Source: Octopus sinensis (taxonomy: Eukaryota). Taken from it: a stretch of 64,000 nucleotides of DNA. The notes beneath the pieces were generated by a model that worked only from the letters and a program-made list of their open reading frames with translations, had not been told where the DNA came from and did not search any database. Positions within the stretch are counted from its first letter, which is position 1, and every line of letters begins with the position of its first letter. Shown one piece after another: positions 27,264 through 39,440 of the stretch. The position numbers and the translations under genes are program-made. The stretch is from NCBI RefSeq assembly GCF_006345805.1, contig NC_043025.1, positions 186,001-250,000 on the forward strand. Direction: 5' to 3'.

Positions 27264-27608
27264 GATATATATATATTTACACATATGCATATATATATAT
27301 ACTTATATATATAATAATAAGAGTAAGTAATTCCTATAATGGTTTTTAAAAAACCAACAATTATTTACTGGTAGAATTCGGTATGTAAATATAACCGATG
27401 AACGGTAGGAACTTCTGTAAAGTTTAGTATAAATATTGTATATAAATAAATGGGGCAGGCAACAGGTTCCTTGGCCGCATACCAAAAAATTAGAAATAGC
27501 AGTCAAAACTGTTTATTTATATTTTCTACAAGTGGGACACCACATACGACATATCCCTGTAATTCACCACTTGTAGAAAATAGGAATAAACAGTCATATA
27601 TATATATA

Positions 27609-27771
27609 GGCGCAGGAGAGGCTGTGTGGTAAGTAGCTTGCTAACCAACCACATGGTTCCAGGTTTTCAGCGTCCCCATCTTGGCGTGTCATCTGCTATA
27701 GCCCCGGGCCGACCAATGTCTTGTGAGTGGATTTGGTAGACGGAAACTGATAGAAGCCTGTCGTATATATG

Positions 27772-27802
<31 letters not shown>

Positions 27803-28019
27803 TTGTGTGTCTGTGTTTGTCCCCCTAGCATTGCTTGACAACCGATGCTGGTGTGTTTACGTCCCCGTCACTTAGCGGTTCGGCAAAAGAGACTGATAGA
27901 ATAAGTACTGGGCTTACAAAGAATAAGTCCCGGGGTCGATTTGCTCGACTAAAGGCGGTGCTCCAGCATGGCCGCAGTCAAATGACTGAAACAAGTAAAA
28001 GAGTAAAAGAGTAAAGAGT
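27609..28019 (+). mobile_element. SINE family B, full length
   Basis: ggcgcaggagaggctgtgtgg...caagtaaaagagtaaaagagtaaagag. Confidence 0.9.
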
Positions 28020-28055
28020 ATGTATTTATATATATATATATATACATATATATAT

Positions 28056-28089
<34 letters not shown>

Positions 28090-28128
28090 CTATATATATA
28101 TATACATACATATATACATACATATATA

Positions 28129-28280
28129 TCACGTGACCGACCAGACCATCAGATGTTGTTACACATCCCTGGTCACAATGCGTTCGCATTGTTTTAGCCT
28201 TCGAATGACGCCTTCGAATCGAAACCGCGATCCTTCGACCGCGAGTCCGCTGCCCTAACCACTAGGCCATTGCGCCTCCA
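28129..28280 (-). mobile_element. SINE family C, internally deleted (head joined to tail)
   Basis: Tail tcacgtgaccgacc...gaatgacgcc is fused to the head gaatcgaaaccgcgatcc...ccattgcgcctcca. Confidence 0.8.
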
Positions 28281-28337
28281 CACACATATATATATATATA
28301 CAAACATATATATATGTATACATATATATACATATAT

Positions 28338-28398
<61 letters not shown>

Positions 28399-28459
28399 AT
28401 TATATATATATATATAAATACACATTTATATATACATATATATGTATATATATGTACTA

Positions 28460-28772
28460 AAGAATCATCTTCGTAGTCATAAAGCGAGTCAGATGAGTGA
28501 CAACCAGGCCACTGGTGGTGGTGTAACACACCATACTAATCATATCTGTCGGGCATGGGGAAGAGAGTGTAATTCGGCAGGAGGACTTAAACGATATGCA
28601 AAGGTACATGAAGCCCAGTTACAACTACACCTGGCTATTACCAGTAAAGGTTTTAGTTGCCAATTCTGTACAAGACAGGCTAAAAAGTCACATTCGATCA
28701 CAGCACCAGTAAGAGTTAAGCTTCGTGCAATGGGTATACTCGATAACGAGGAGGCAGCCATAATATATATGT
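28460..28772 (+). mobile_element. 3' end of the RTE family (third copy), complete terminus
   Basis: Matches the reverse complement of 7145-7400 and extends to ...gataacgaggaggcagccataatatatat. Confidence 0.9.
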
Positions 28773-29195
28773 ATATATATATATATACATATTCATATAT
28801 ATATAGTGTAGTGTAGTGTATATATTCATATATATATATAGTATAGTGTAGTGTATATATTCATATATATATAGTATAGTGTAGTGCCTCTGTTGAACTG
28901 GACGGACGTCTATTTGTTTCTCTCCCAAGTCAGTAGCAAGCTACACAGCTTCAAAACTTTTCTGACCTTAAATATATATATATTTGTAACCACGTGTTTG
29001 CCTACAAACCCGTAAGTACGTTTTTATTTAACTACAAATTGTTATATACACTTGTTTTTCTTTTAATATCCTCAAACAACCAAATAATCAAAAACTCACA
29101 CCCTTAAGAGAGACCATTTATATATAGATACACTTCTTTAACTCCCAAGAAAGAATATATATATATATATATCAAAAATCAAAAGAAAAACAAAC

Positions 29196-30401
29196 ATGAC
29201 TAACTTGCAGGCCTGCAACAGACGAAATTGGTCTGATAATGAAATTGATGTTTTAATAAACACTTGGTTCTCTCTTTCCCAAACAGAAAATTTAAATGTT
29301 TTGTGTTTGAATGAGATTGCCGAAAAACATCACAAGTGATCAACACACGATACGTCAAACAGATTCGTAGCAAACTGAAACATATCGAAGTATCTTTCAA
29401 ACTGACAAAAGGCCATTTTGAAAAGCTTCTTTATATTTTCACTGTTCAAGAACAGCAACAGCTAGAAAATCAGCAGCCACAGCAACAACAACTACAGAAT
29501 GAACCACTCCTGGTTCCCAGCACAATGGCTGACCCTAACATCGGTCAAGCACAACAACAACAACAACAGCCACTCCTCAACTCTAGCATACTAGATGATT
29601 CACTAAATGCCAGTATCTTTTCACCGCTCTCACGGCAACCACCACAATTATCATCATCATCATCACCACCGCTGCCACCATCGTCTTCTATCACCAAAAA
29701 TACCAACAAAAAACCAAATAAGAAACCACTGCTCTCTTCCCCCACATCACCATCTCAATACTACTGCAGTAACAAAAACTTAAAGAAACATAGGAAGCAG
29801 AATGCGCCCCCCCACGGCACAAACAAGAAACCCCAAAATATGCCGCTATTCACTGCGCCAGAGACTCTGCACAAATAGTGACTGCATCTTCACGCATCTA
29901 CCCGGCACTAGACGCACTACCGGCCAAGGCCAAAGCATGCATCCCACAATAACATCAACACCACCAAATAGTAAATCGAAATTCAAAACACACACAACTC
30001 GGATTCCCAAAATCTGCCGGTATTCCCAACGTGAGACAACATGTCTGCTGAGTGACTGTCCCTTCACTCATCTTCCAGGGACCCGACGCACAAACAGAAA
30101 CGGGGCTTCAAGCCAACACACAAACCTGAATAAAGATAAAGATAGAAACACACCATGCTGCAGTAATGCTGGTCCAGTCTTTTCAGGAAGACACAAAAAC
30201 AACAACAACAAAAGTGGAAACTACAACCCCATCCAACAGTGCAACCACACCTCCAGCCAAAAACAGCTCCCTAAGCAGGAAAATTCTTTTTTAGCCATGT
30301 TGAACATGGCAAAAGAGATACACAAAAATATTCTAGCCATCACTCAACACCATCCTATGCTATTACCCCAGTGCACCAATTTCCCACATTGCTGCCACTA
30401 A
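29196..30401 (+). pseudogene. LINE ORF1 with two frameshifts: Myb/SANT-like N-terminus, Q/S/P-rich linker, two CCCH fingers
   Basis: ATG 29196: MTNLQACNRRNWSDNEIDVLINTW...EIA; shift near 29320 into INTRYVKQIRSKLKH; shift at the C-run near 29810; C-x8-C-x4-C-x3-H at 29841-29897 and 30015-30071. Confidence 0.7.
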
Positions 30402-33400
30402 CACACACAAAAAATCCAAACCCCCTGCAACAGTCAAAACCAGCCACTACACTAACCTCCACATTTCTACTCAATGCACAAGGTGTCAGCCCTTCCATCA
30501 ATGCACAAAAATGGAAGGTCCAATTCATTGAAGACTGGGTTGGTAACCATTCACACCACATCCCTTTCTTCATTCTCACTGAGACCCACCTTGACAACTC
30601 CCACTTGGAAGCCGAAGTGAGAGTGAAGAATTTCACAACCATCCGCGCGGATCGTATCGGCAGGAGGAAGGGTGGAACTGCCATTTTCCCGCATGATTCA
30701 TTTACGGCAGATGGAAATAGTATATTCTCCAACGGCTACCGTGAATCAGTCACCGTGCACAACAAAGCCAATGACCTGACAGTAGCTGGGCTCTATAGGC
30801 CGCCCCAAACACTCATACTGTGCTTTAAAGAATGCATCAACAGCATTAAGTGCTTTATTCAACAGTGCCATTCTAGCAACCTACTCATGATGGGAGACTT
30901 CAATCTACCCTGTGTTGACTGGACTACAAACTGTTTGAAACCAAGCACTCCCGCCTCAACCGCTGACAAAGAAGCAGCAGAGTCACTTTTCGACTTTACG
31001 AATGAGTTTTTCTTGTCCCAACTTGTCCTTGCACCAACAAGACATCAGAACATTTTGGACCTAGTGTTTAGTAAGCACACTAACACCATACATAATGTTA
31101 CAGTGGAAAAAACCCTTCTTTCAGACCATGACATGGTTCTCTGTAACATGAAATTCCACCAGCCGAAAGCTAATCCTAGTGACCTCCCTCCAGCCCACCC
31201 ATTTGACAACATGGATCTCCATAATGCCAACTGGGATGCAATCAGGAACGAGCTATCACATGTTGACTGGTCCGTTACACATACACACATCTCCACCAAC
31301 CATAAAACATCTTGGCAGATCTTTGTAGACACTGTCACAGACATATGTGCAAAACACTCCCCATCAAGACCTGTGAACAAAAAGTGCAGAATCCCCCAAA
31401 ACAGAAAAACCATTATGAGAAAAATAAAAAGAACAAACAAAAAAATTAACAAACTAAAGTACTGCCAACAGCAACACACACATTCGCCTGCTATCGCACT
31501 GCTTGAATCCAAAAAATATAACCTCCAACAATGCATGAAGACCCTCATCAATAACCAAAGATCAGCTGAGGAGAAGTGGGCCATTGAAAAAATCAAACTC
31601 AACCCCAAAGTGTTCTTTTCATTTGCGAGGAAACGCAGGGTCACTGTCTCCATTGTTGGACCTCTAATTGATGAAACTGGCACTCTCCAAGATAATGCCA
31701 AATCCATGGCCGAGATACTGCAGAAACAATACTGCTCTGTTTTCAGCAATCCTGATATGGCCGATCTGGGCTGTATCAGTGATGTCAACCCCCAACACAC
31801 TATATCGGACATAACGTTTAGTGCCCCTGATGTCTTAGCGGCGATAAACGAAATAAAACACAATTCAGAAGTAGGCCCCGATAGGTTCCCGGCTTGTGTC
31901 CTGAAGGTGTGTCGACACCAACTTGCATCTCCCCTTGCTAATCTGTGGAGAAACTCACTGGATGCTGGCTATATTCCAAAAAACCTTCTGTCCCAGTCTG
32001 TTGTCCCAGTTTTCAAAAAGGGAAACAAGTCCCTTGCTGTGAACTACCGTCCGATCTCACTCACCTCTCATATCATCAAGGTATTTGAGAGGGTGGTGAG
32101 ATCTCGAATAACCCAATTTCTGGAAAGCAACAGACGGCTGATCTCCAACCAACATGGGTTCCGTAATGGAAGGGACTGCCTAACGCAGCTCCTGCATCAC
32201 TTTGATGACATTTTGAGAGCTTTGGGAGAGGGCTCCAACACCGATGTCATCTACCTTGATTTCAGTAAGGCCTTCGACAGGGTCGATCACAAGATCCTAT
32301 TGAAAAAACTATCCAACATTGGTGTCTCTGGAAAGTTACTGAAATGGATCAAGTGTTTCCTGACAGACAGATCTCAACATGTTGTAGTTGAAGGGGTAAA
32401 ATCAAGCCCAGCCAAAGTCAGTAGTGGCGTTCCGCAAGGTACTGTGCTGGGCCCACTTCTTTTCATCATCTACATTAATGACATTAATGACATCATCAAG
32501 CACAGCAACATAAAAATCTTTGCAGATGATTCCAAGCTACAGAAGGTCATAAATGAGGCGAGTGACCGGACATGCCTTCAGTCAGATCTACTGGTTGTTA
32601 TCCAATGGGCAGAAAAAAAACAATATGCTGCTGAACGAGGATAAATTTGAGTTAATCCACTTTGGAAAAGAGGATGCCCTGAAACTCCCATACTCCCTTC
32701 CTTCAGGTGAAACTCTCGCGGCGTCCAACAACATCAGAGACTTGGGAGTAATTGTGGACAACAACATAAGCTGGGCCACTCATATAAACACCAAAGTTGA
32801 CATGGCCCGCAGAATGTGTTCCTGGATTCTCAGAACTTTCCAGTCGGGAGATATCCACACCATTATCCTTCTCTTCTCCACTTTTGCCCGACCCCACCTT
32901 GAATACTGTTGTCCACTGTGGTCTCCCCACACAATACAAGGTATCATAAAAGTTGAAGCACCTCAAAGGGCAATCACAAAAAAGATAGATGGCATGACAG
33001 GCCTCGACTATTGGGTCGACTAGAAAAGCTGAAACTTTATTCTCTCCAACGTCGTCGTGAGCGCTACATCATCTGCATGATGTGGAAAATATTCCATCAG
33101 CATTGCCCAAATGATGTTGGCATCACCTTTAAGGTACATCCAAGGCTTGGGCCCCGTGCCATCCGCCCAAAACAAAAATTGCACTCTCATCTCATAACAA
33201 CAATACGGCACAATTATTTCACCTCAATTGGCCCCGCTCTCTTTAACATTACACCAAAACACATTAAAACAGAAACTGACCCTATAAGGTTCAAGAAGTC
33301 TTTGGACAGATTCCTTCAAGAAATCCCGGATAAACCCCCTACACCCGGATATGTCTCTGTAAACAATAACTCTCTACTTGAGTGGGCCATAGTGCCCAAA

Positions 33401-33406
33401 TTTTGA
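30371..33406 (+). pseudogene. LINE ORF2 (APE + RT) with two single-base frameshifts (A-run near 32615, G-run near 33015)
   Basis: 757-aa uninterrupted ORF 30371-32644, continued by ORFs 32553-33023 and 33011-33406. Confidence 0.92.
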
Positions 33407-33495
33407 CTTGAAAGACTTCACCAGATGGTGCTATTAAGTTAGACATGGCCTGGGCCAATAATGGCCGAAACCTATCAAAGTATCAAAGTATCAAA

Positions 33496-33555
<60 letters not shown>

Positions 33556-33640
33556 ATTCATATATATACATATATATATATACATATATATATACATATA
33601 TATATATAAACATATGTATATATATATGTATATATATATA

Positions 33641-34024
33641 CTAGCAGTATCGCCCGGCGTTGCTCGGGTTGTAAGGGAAATAACTATATAAGCATTTTTA
33701 GAGAGTTATAGCCAAAAAATAGCAAAAAAATGCATTAAAAATTGAAAAAAAATTAAGGTAATTTTTTTTTTAAATCGTTGACACATTTAGAGAGTTACTT
33801 CCCTTATATAAAAGCGAAAAAAATGCATTAAAATGGAAAAATATGATGGTAAATTTTTTTTAAATCGTAGACTCATCGTAGACGCACGCTAATACCCAGA
33901 AGGGCTCGATATGAATCACGACTATAAGATACCCGCTTTTGGTTAAACTGCACCGCAAAATGTGGGAGTAGTTAGGAATCTAAATCGTAGGAGACAGACA
34001 CACAACTTCACTCTTATATAAAGA
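33641..34024 (-). mobile_element. Non-autonomous Helitron
   Basis: Minus strand A|TC...cccgagcaacgccggg hairpin...CTAG|T; near-identical to 61299-61677. Confidence 0.85.
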
Positions 34025-34039
34025 TGCTTTTTTTTTCAG

Positions 34040-34353
34040 TCATAGAGTTAGATTTATGAAGGTCTTCAGTAGAAAATCCTTCGAATTCTGACTCGCTGCT
34101 TGATATAATGAAATTCGTATCCATTTTTTGTCAGAATTACAAATTTTGAAAACACAATAGGAACAAATTTCGGAAAAAAATCTCCCATAATTCACGGAAT
34201 TAAAATTACACTTCGATTTTTGTACAAAACTGTAGTTGAGGTGTTTACGAAGTATAATACGTGTTTTCACGAATGTACTAAAGAGATTTGATCTGATATT
34301 CTCATTTAAATATGAATAGGTAAATTCGGGCGGCTTGGTAACGAAAGGGTTAA
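34040..34353. mobile_element. Possible piggyBac-type MITE right end
   Basis: Ends ttggtaacgaaaggg|ttaa (TTAA-CCC terminus); the other end was not found. Confidence 0.45.
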
Positions 34354-35237
34354 ACGGATGCATACATTTATTAATCTCTTATTATAATAACTATATATAA
34401 GTGTCGTCTGTTTATACATAAACACTGTTTCATACTGCAATTATATATACATATATCTATATATAATATTATATAATAAAATATATACAGAGTAAAATAA
34501 AAACCAATTTACCTTTTCTGTCCGTCCGTGTGTCTTTGCAAATGTGTTGGAATGATAAGTGAGTTGTGTTTTGGCGCCTTTTTTACTAATAACAAACACA
34601 CACGTGTTTGTATGTAGTTGTATGTGTATGTAGTTGTATGTAGTTGTACATGTATGTGTATGCGTGTGTGTGAGGAGTGACACACACACACTCACGCACG
34701 CACACATGTACATCAATGCTTTCGGAGTGATATGTTAAAATATTGAGTTTTCTCGAATTTTGTCTTAATTGGTGGTAAAATTGAAAGAAATTTTTTATGG
34801 CATCACCCACTGAAGTACTCTGAAAAATCATTGGTACACTCTAATTGAAGAAATTGTGTGAGGAGTGAATCGTTATGTATTTATTTGTTTCTGTTTGCAG
34901 TGTTTTTTTATTTTTTGAGTAGTGGTTTAAATACTCTCAGTTTAGTCTTCCTCAAATCACTCTGTCGCTATTTACTTTCAGTTTATTCGTTGCACACTGT
35001 GTGTGTGCGTTTGCGTGTGCTGTAAACCAGACTAAGAAAAGCATTTGACATACACACCAGAATGTGAGTTTTCTGTAAATTTTGCTTAATTGGAGTTTAA
35101 ATTTTAAAAACTGGACCTGGCATGACCCGATGCATTCTACTCTTAAAAATGCTAGGTAAATTGTAATTGAAGAAATCCTATATCGTAGATTTCTATAACT
35201 CCCAAAGGGAGGCAGATAAAATCTGCCTTTTATAATA

Positions 35238-35272
<35 letters not shown>

Positions 35273-35406
35273 CATTGTTATATTTCGGAATGGTTATTTT
35301 GTATATATCATATACACACATGTAAACATATATCATATAAATATATATATAAACATATATATCATATACATACATATGGGCATATATATACAAACTTATA
35401 CTTATA

Positions 35407-35900
35407 TCTGTTATATAAAATCCGTTCTGTGTGTGTGCGTGTGTGTGTGAGTGTGTTCTATCCGATTGCGCTCAAATTTGGCGGTATCAGGGCGTGTGTA
35501 AGTCTTGAAAAAATTACAAAAATCGATTCCAGGTGAGAATGCGATCGATAAGACCGTGGGAACGTGCATTTGTACGCGCAAGTACATCAGCTGTTGCGAT
35601 CCATACTACGCGTACGCGAGAATAATGCACGTGCACTTTGCGCTAAAAAGTCCGGCTGGCTTGAAATAATGCCACAAAATGCAGTATATTTAAGAGACCG
35701 AAATGAGATATTTTCTTCAAACTTGGCATGAAGGAAGGAAAGACTCTTTGCTTTCTCAAGATATTTTTTTGGCTTAACTTTGTTGAACAAAACTAAAAAA
35801 TTTATTGAAATAAAGGCATGATTAATTATATCTTAATAAAAAGAAAACACTGATTGCTTTTTATTCAGCAGATGTGTGATTAGCACCGTCCAGTGGACTG
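35407..35900 (+). mobile_element. Possible Helitron-like relic
   Basis: A|TCTGTTATATAAA start, GT tract, ccgattgcgctcaaatttgg; no CTAG end seen. Confidence 0.35.
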
Positions 35901-35938
35901 GGGGGGCGTTTTATTCGTACATATATATAAACATATAC

Positions 35939-35982
<44 letters not shown>

Positions 35983-35984
<2 letters not shown>

Positions 35985-36398
35985 TCTTTTACTCTTTTAC
36001 TCTTTTACTTGTTTCAGTCATTTGACTGCGGCCATGCTGGAGCACCACCTTTAGTCGAGCAACTCGACCCCGGCACTTATTCTTTGGAAGCCCAGTACTT
36101 ATTCTATCGGTCTCTTTTGCCGAACCGTTAAGTAACGGGGACGTAAACACACCAGCATCGGTTGTCAAGCAATGCTAGGGGGACAAACACAGACACACAA
36201 ACACACACACACACACATATATATATACATATATACGACAGGCTTCTTTCAGTTTCCGCCTACCAAATCCACTCACAAGGCATTGGTCGGCCCGGGGCTA
36301 TAGCAGAAGACACTTGTCCAAGATGCCACGCAGTGGGACTGAACCCAGAACCATGTGGTTGGTTAGCAAGCTACTTCCCACACAGCCACTCCTGCGCC
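35983..36398 (-). mobile_element. SINE family B, full length
   Basis: Reverse complement of the 18317-18712 type; (CTCTTTTA)n tail. Confidence 0.9.
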
Positions 36399-36487
36399 TA
36401 TATATATATATATATTTAATAAAATTAATAAATTTCACCTAGTAGATTAATCGGTATGGAAAAGACCATATTTGGTAAGAATTATAT

Positions 36488-36730
36488 TAATTATAATAAA
36501 GGGTTAATTGCAACAAGTTGCTCAAAACCACATACCGAAAGTATTAGAAATAGCAGCTAAATTGATCACTATTTCTTCTACGAATAAAAAAGTATCCACA
36601 AACAAATTCTGTTTGTTTGTGGGGACATTTTTATGAGTAGAAGAAATAGTGATCAATTTAGCCGCTATTTCTAATATTTTCGGTATGTGGTTTTGAGCAA
36701 CTTGTTGCAATTATCCCTTTATTATAATTA
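36488..36730. repeat. 243-bp near-perfect palindrome (MITE-like), loop near 36607-36611
   Basis: taattataataaagggttaattgcaacaagttgctc... / ...gagcaacttgttgcaattatccctttattataatta. Confidence 0.9.
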
Positions 36731-36757
36731 GTATATATATATATATATACATAATAT

Positions 36758-36799
<42 letters not shown>

Positions 36800-36803
<4 letters not shown>

Positions 36804-37115
36804 CGTGATCACCGTGACCGACCAGGCTATCAGACGTTGCTACACATCACTGGTCACAATGCGCTTTGCATTGTTTTAGCCTTCGAATGACGCCACCCCA
36901 CTGGCTAAGCGAGCAGGCCAAAAGAAGAGAGAGTGAGAGAAAGGTGCGGCGAAAGAGTACGCCAGGGATCGCCACCCCCCCCCCCCTGCCGGAGCATCGT
37001 GGAGCTTTTAGGTGTTTTCGCTCAATAAACAGTCACAAGGCCCGGTCTGGGAATCGAAACTGCTATCCTACGACCGCGAGTCCGTTGCCCTAACCACTGG
37101 GCTATTGCGCCTCCA
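36800..37115 (-). mobile_element. SINE family C, full length
   Basis: Reverse complement of the 25031-25345 type. Confidence 0.88.
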
Positions 37116-37446
37116 CACACACACACACAACACACACACACACACATATATATACACACACACATATATATATACACACACACATATATATATATACGTA
37201 TATATATATATATATATACATTTATATACGTATATATATTCCTCCACTCCGTTTTTTTATATGTGCATGTATATATTAATATATGTGATTCTATGTGAAT
37301 GAATACGTATATATGTGTATGAGTGTTTCTCTGCGCGTACGTATGTGTAAGGTCCATGTTTTCGGGTGTGTAGACGTCTCTTTATATACCTGTTTATGTA
37401 TTGGTATATATGTGTGTGTGTGTCAGTGTTTGTATGTGTGCGTGTA

Positions 37447-37641
37447 CTCTTTTACTTGTGTCAGTCATTTGACTGTGGCCATGATGGAGCACCACATTTA
37501 GTCGAGCATTTCGTCCCCAGGACTTATTCTGTCGAAATCTTTTACCGAATCGCTAAGTTACGGGGACATAAACACGCCAGCATCGGTTGTCAAGCGATAT
37601 TGAAGGTGACAAACACAGACACACAAGCATACACACACACA

Positions 37642-37679
<38 letters not shown>

Positions 37680-37868
37680 ACACACAGATATATATACATA
37701 TACATATATACGACGGGTCTCTTTCTGTTTCCGTCTACCAAATCCACTCAGAAGGATTTGGTCTGCCCGAGGCTATAGTAGAATACACTCGCCAAAGGTG
37801 CCACGCAGTGGGACTGAACCCGGACCCATGTGGTTCGTAAGTAAGCTACTTACCACACAGCCACTCCT
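37447..37868 (-). mobile_element. SINE family B
   Basis: ctcttttacttgtgtcagtcatttgac...ccacacagccactcct. Confidence 0.85.
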
Positions 37869-38190
37869 AGTTGGTAATTAAATACCCCCTAATTAAACAA
37901 TGAATAATAAAATCTAAATCATCAGTCTGATGATCGCTCTTAAGTAAGTAATGGGTCTAAGATATTTACCCCCCTGGACAATAACCCCCCCTCCACCTGC
38001 TAGGAGAATCACCCCTGAGGACATCAGATGATTATTTAAATCTTCTTAATATATTATAGAAGGGGTAATTAACCAAGTGGCGTAATTGTCCTAGAGGCTA
38101 ATTGTCCTGATACAGCGAGGAACTCTTATCTGTCACCTTTCCTAACGAGAAAAACTATTTCTATTCATTTTATTTTTCGAATATATAATA

Positions 38191-38391
38191 CAGTGCTTTT
38201 CAACATTTTTGCTGGAGCGGAACCCCAAGGAAACATTCCACTGGTTCGAGGAACCCCTGTGCAATAATTTAATAGTCTTATGCACACATATCTGCACAGG
38301 AGAATTAAAATTTACTGCCGATTTTAGCAGTTTTGTAACTTCTTGCGGAACCCCTGGACTGTACTGGCGGAACCCTGGTTGAAAACCACTG
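38191..38391. mobile_element. hAT (Charlie-like) MITE, 201 bp
   Basis: TIRs cagtgcttttcaac / gttgaaaaccactg; perfect 8-bp TSD ATATAATA (38183-38190, 38392-38399). Confidence 0.92.
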
Positions 38392-38430
38392 ATATAATAT
38401 ATAACAAATGCAATCTATAAGCATATATTT

Positions 38431-38495
38431 ACCAGGTGGCTGCTATAAGGTTAGACATGGCCTGGACCAATCTTTGGTCGAAACATATCGAAGTT
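38431..38495 (+). mobile_element. Extreme 3' tip of a CR1-group LINE
   Basis: ccaggtggctgctataaggttagacatggcctggaccaatctttggtcgaaac matches 33421-33472. Confidence 0.75.
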
Positions 38496-38505
38496 TATCT
38501 ATTAT

Positions 38506-39013
38506 ATATTTCAAATATATTTTCTGCTTATAAAAACTATTTTAATGTTTTAATATTTCAACTTAATAAGGTGGTGAGGTGGGAGTAACAACTGGACTTG
38601 TTTAAAATTTGAACCAGTTTTGCAACTTTATTGGTTTGGTGCATAATTATTGCGGCGTTTTTTCAACAAATTTTATTCAACAAATACAATAACGATATTT
38701 AACAAAAACATCTTTAAATGATTATTCCGGAGCATATTCACCATCTACTTCAATTACTGCTTCTCAATTGCTTGGCAGACGGTCAGACCGTCATTTAAAG
38801 ATGTTTTTGATAAATATTTTTATTGTTTTTGTTGAATAAAATTTGTTGAAAAAACGCCGCAATAATTATGCACCAACCCAATATTTTTTAAAGTTGCAAA
38901 ACTGGTTCAAATTTGACACAAGTCCAGTTGTTACTCCCACCTCGCCAACTTATTAAGTTGAAATATTTAAGCATTAAAATAGTTTTTGTAAGCAGGAAAT
39001 ATATTTGAAATAT
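38506..39013. repeat. Compound palindrome: a palindromic element (arms 38506-38630 / 38882-39013) split by a mariner MITE
   Basis: atatttcaaatatattt...ccagttttgcaacttta / ...aaagttgcaaaactgg...aaatatatttgaaatat. Confidence 0.88.
38631..38881 (-). mobile_element. Mariner MITE, 251 bp
   Basis: Long TIRs ttgg(t/g)ttggtgcataattattgcggcg; TA flanks; minus strand keeps the transposase C-terminus DRLPSN*EAVIEVDGEYAPE*. Confidence 0.9.
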
Positions 39014-39141
39014 GGCAATTACATCTGTTCAAAATATATAAAAATTTACGTTTCCTACTGTCAGGGTTCAACTTAATTCTTACCTAGCAACTCCAGCCAT
39101 GACTCGCCCGCAAACACTCATTGTCTAACATGTTTAATTTA

Positions 39142-39440
39142 TGGAGGCACAAGGCCTAGTGGTTAGAGCAGTGGGCTCGTGGTCGAGCGAACGCGGCTTC
39201 GAATCTTTGACCGGGCGATGTGTGTGTTTATGAGCGAAACACCTAAGCTACACGCAGCCCAGGCAGAAGGTAATGGCCAACCTCTGCTGACTCTTTCGCC
39301 ACAACTTTCTCTCACGTTTTCCTCCTGCATTTTAAAGCTCACCTGCGACGGACCGGAATCCCGTCCAGGTGGGGAACCTATACGCCAAGGAAACTGGGAA
39401 ACCGGCCCTTATGAGCCAGGCATTGCTCGAGAAGGAACAA
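39142..39440 (+). mobile_element. SINE family C variant
   Basis: atggaggcacaaggcctagtggttagagcag...cttcgaatc; tail gggaaaccggcccttatgagcc is shared with the 17567-17880 copy. Confidence 0.75.

Larger units (their letters stand above)
28885..33496 (+). mobile_element. Near-intact CR1-group LINE (ORF1 + APE-RT ORF2) with a 3' stem-loop and (TATCAAAG)3 tail; 5' boundary uncertain
   Basis: ORF2 motifs ETHL, YRPP, GDFNLP, DLVF, SDH, NYRPISLTS, QHGFR, DFSKAFD, GVPQGTVLGP, FADDSK, RPHLEYC, LYSLQRRRERY; tail at 33473-33496. Confidence 0.95.

Noticed and set aside
31045-31863. 272-aa antisense ORF in LINE ORF2
   Set aside because: Shadow frame of a long coding region; no recognisable motif.
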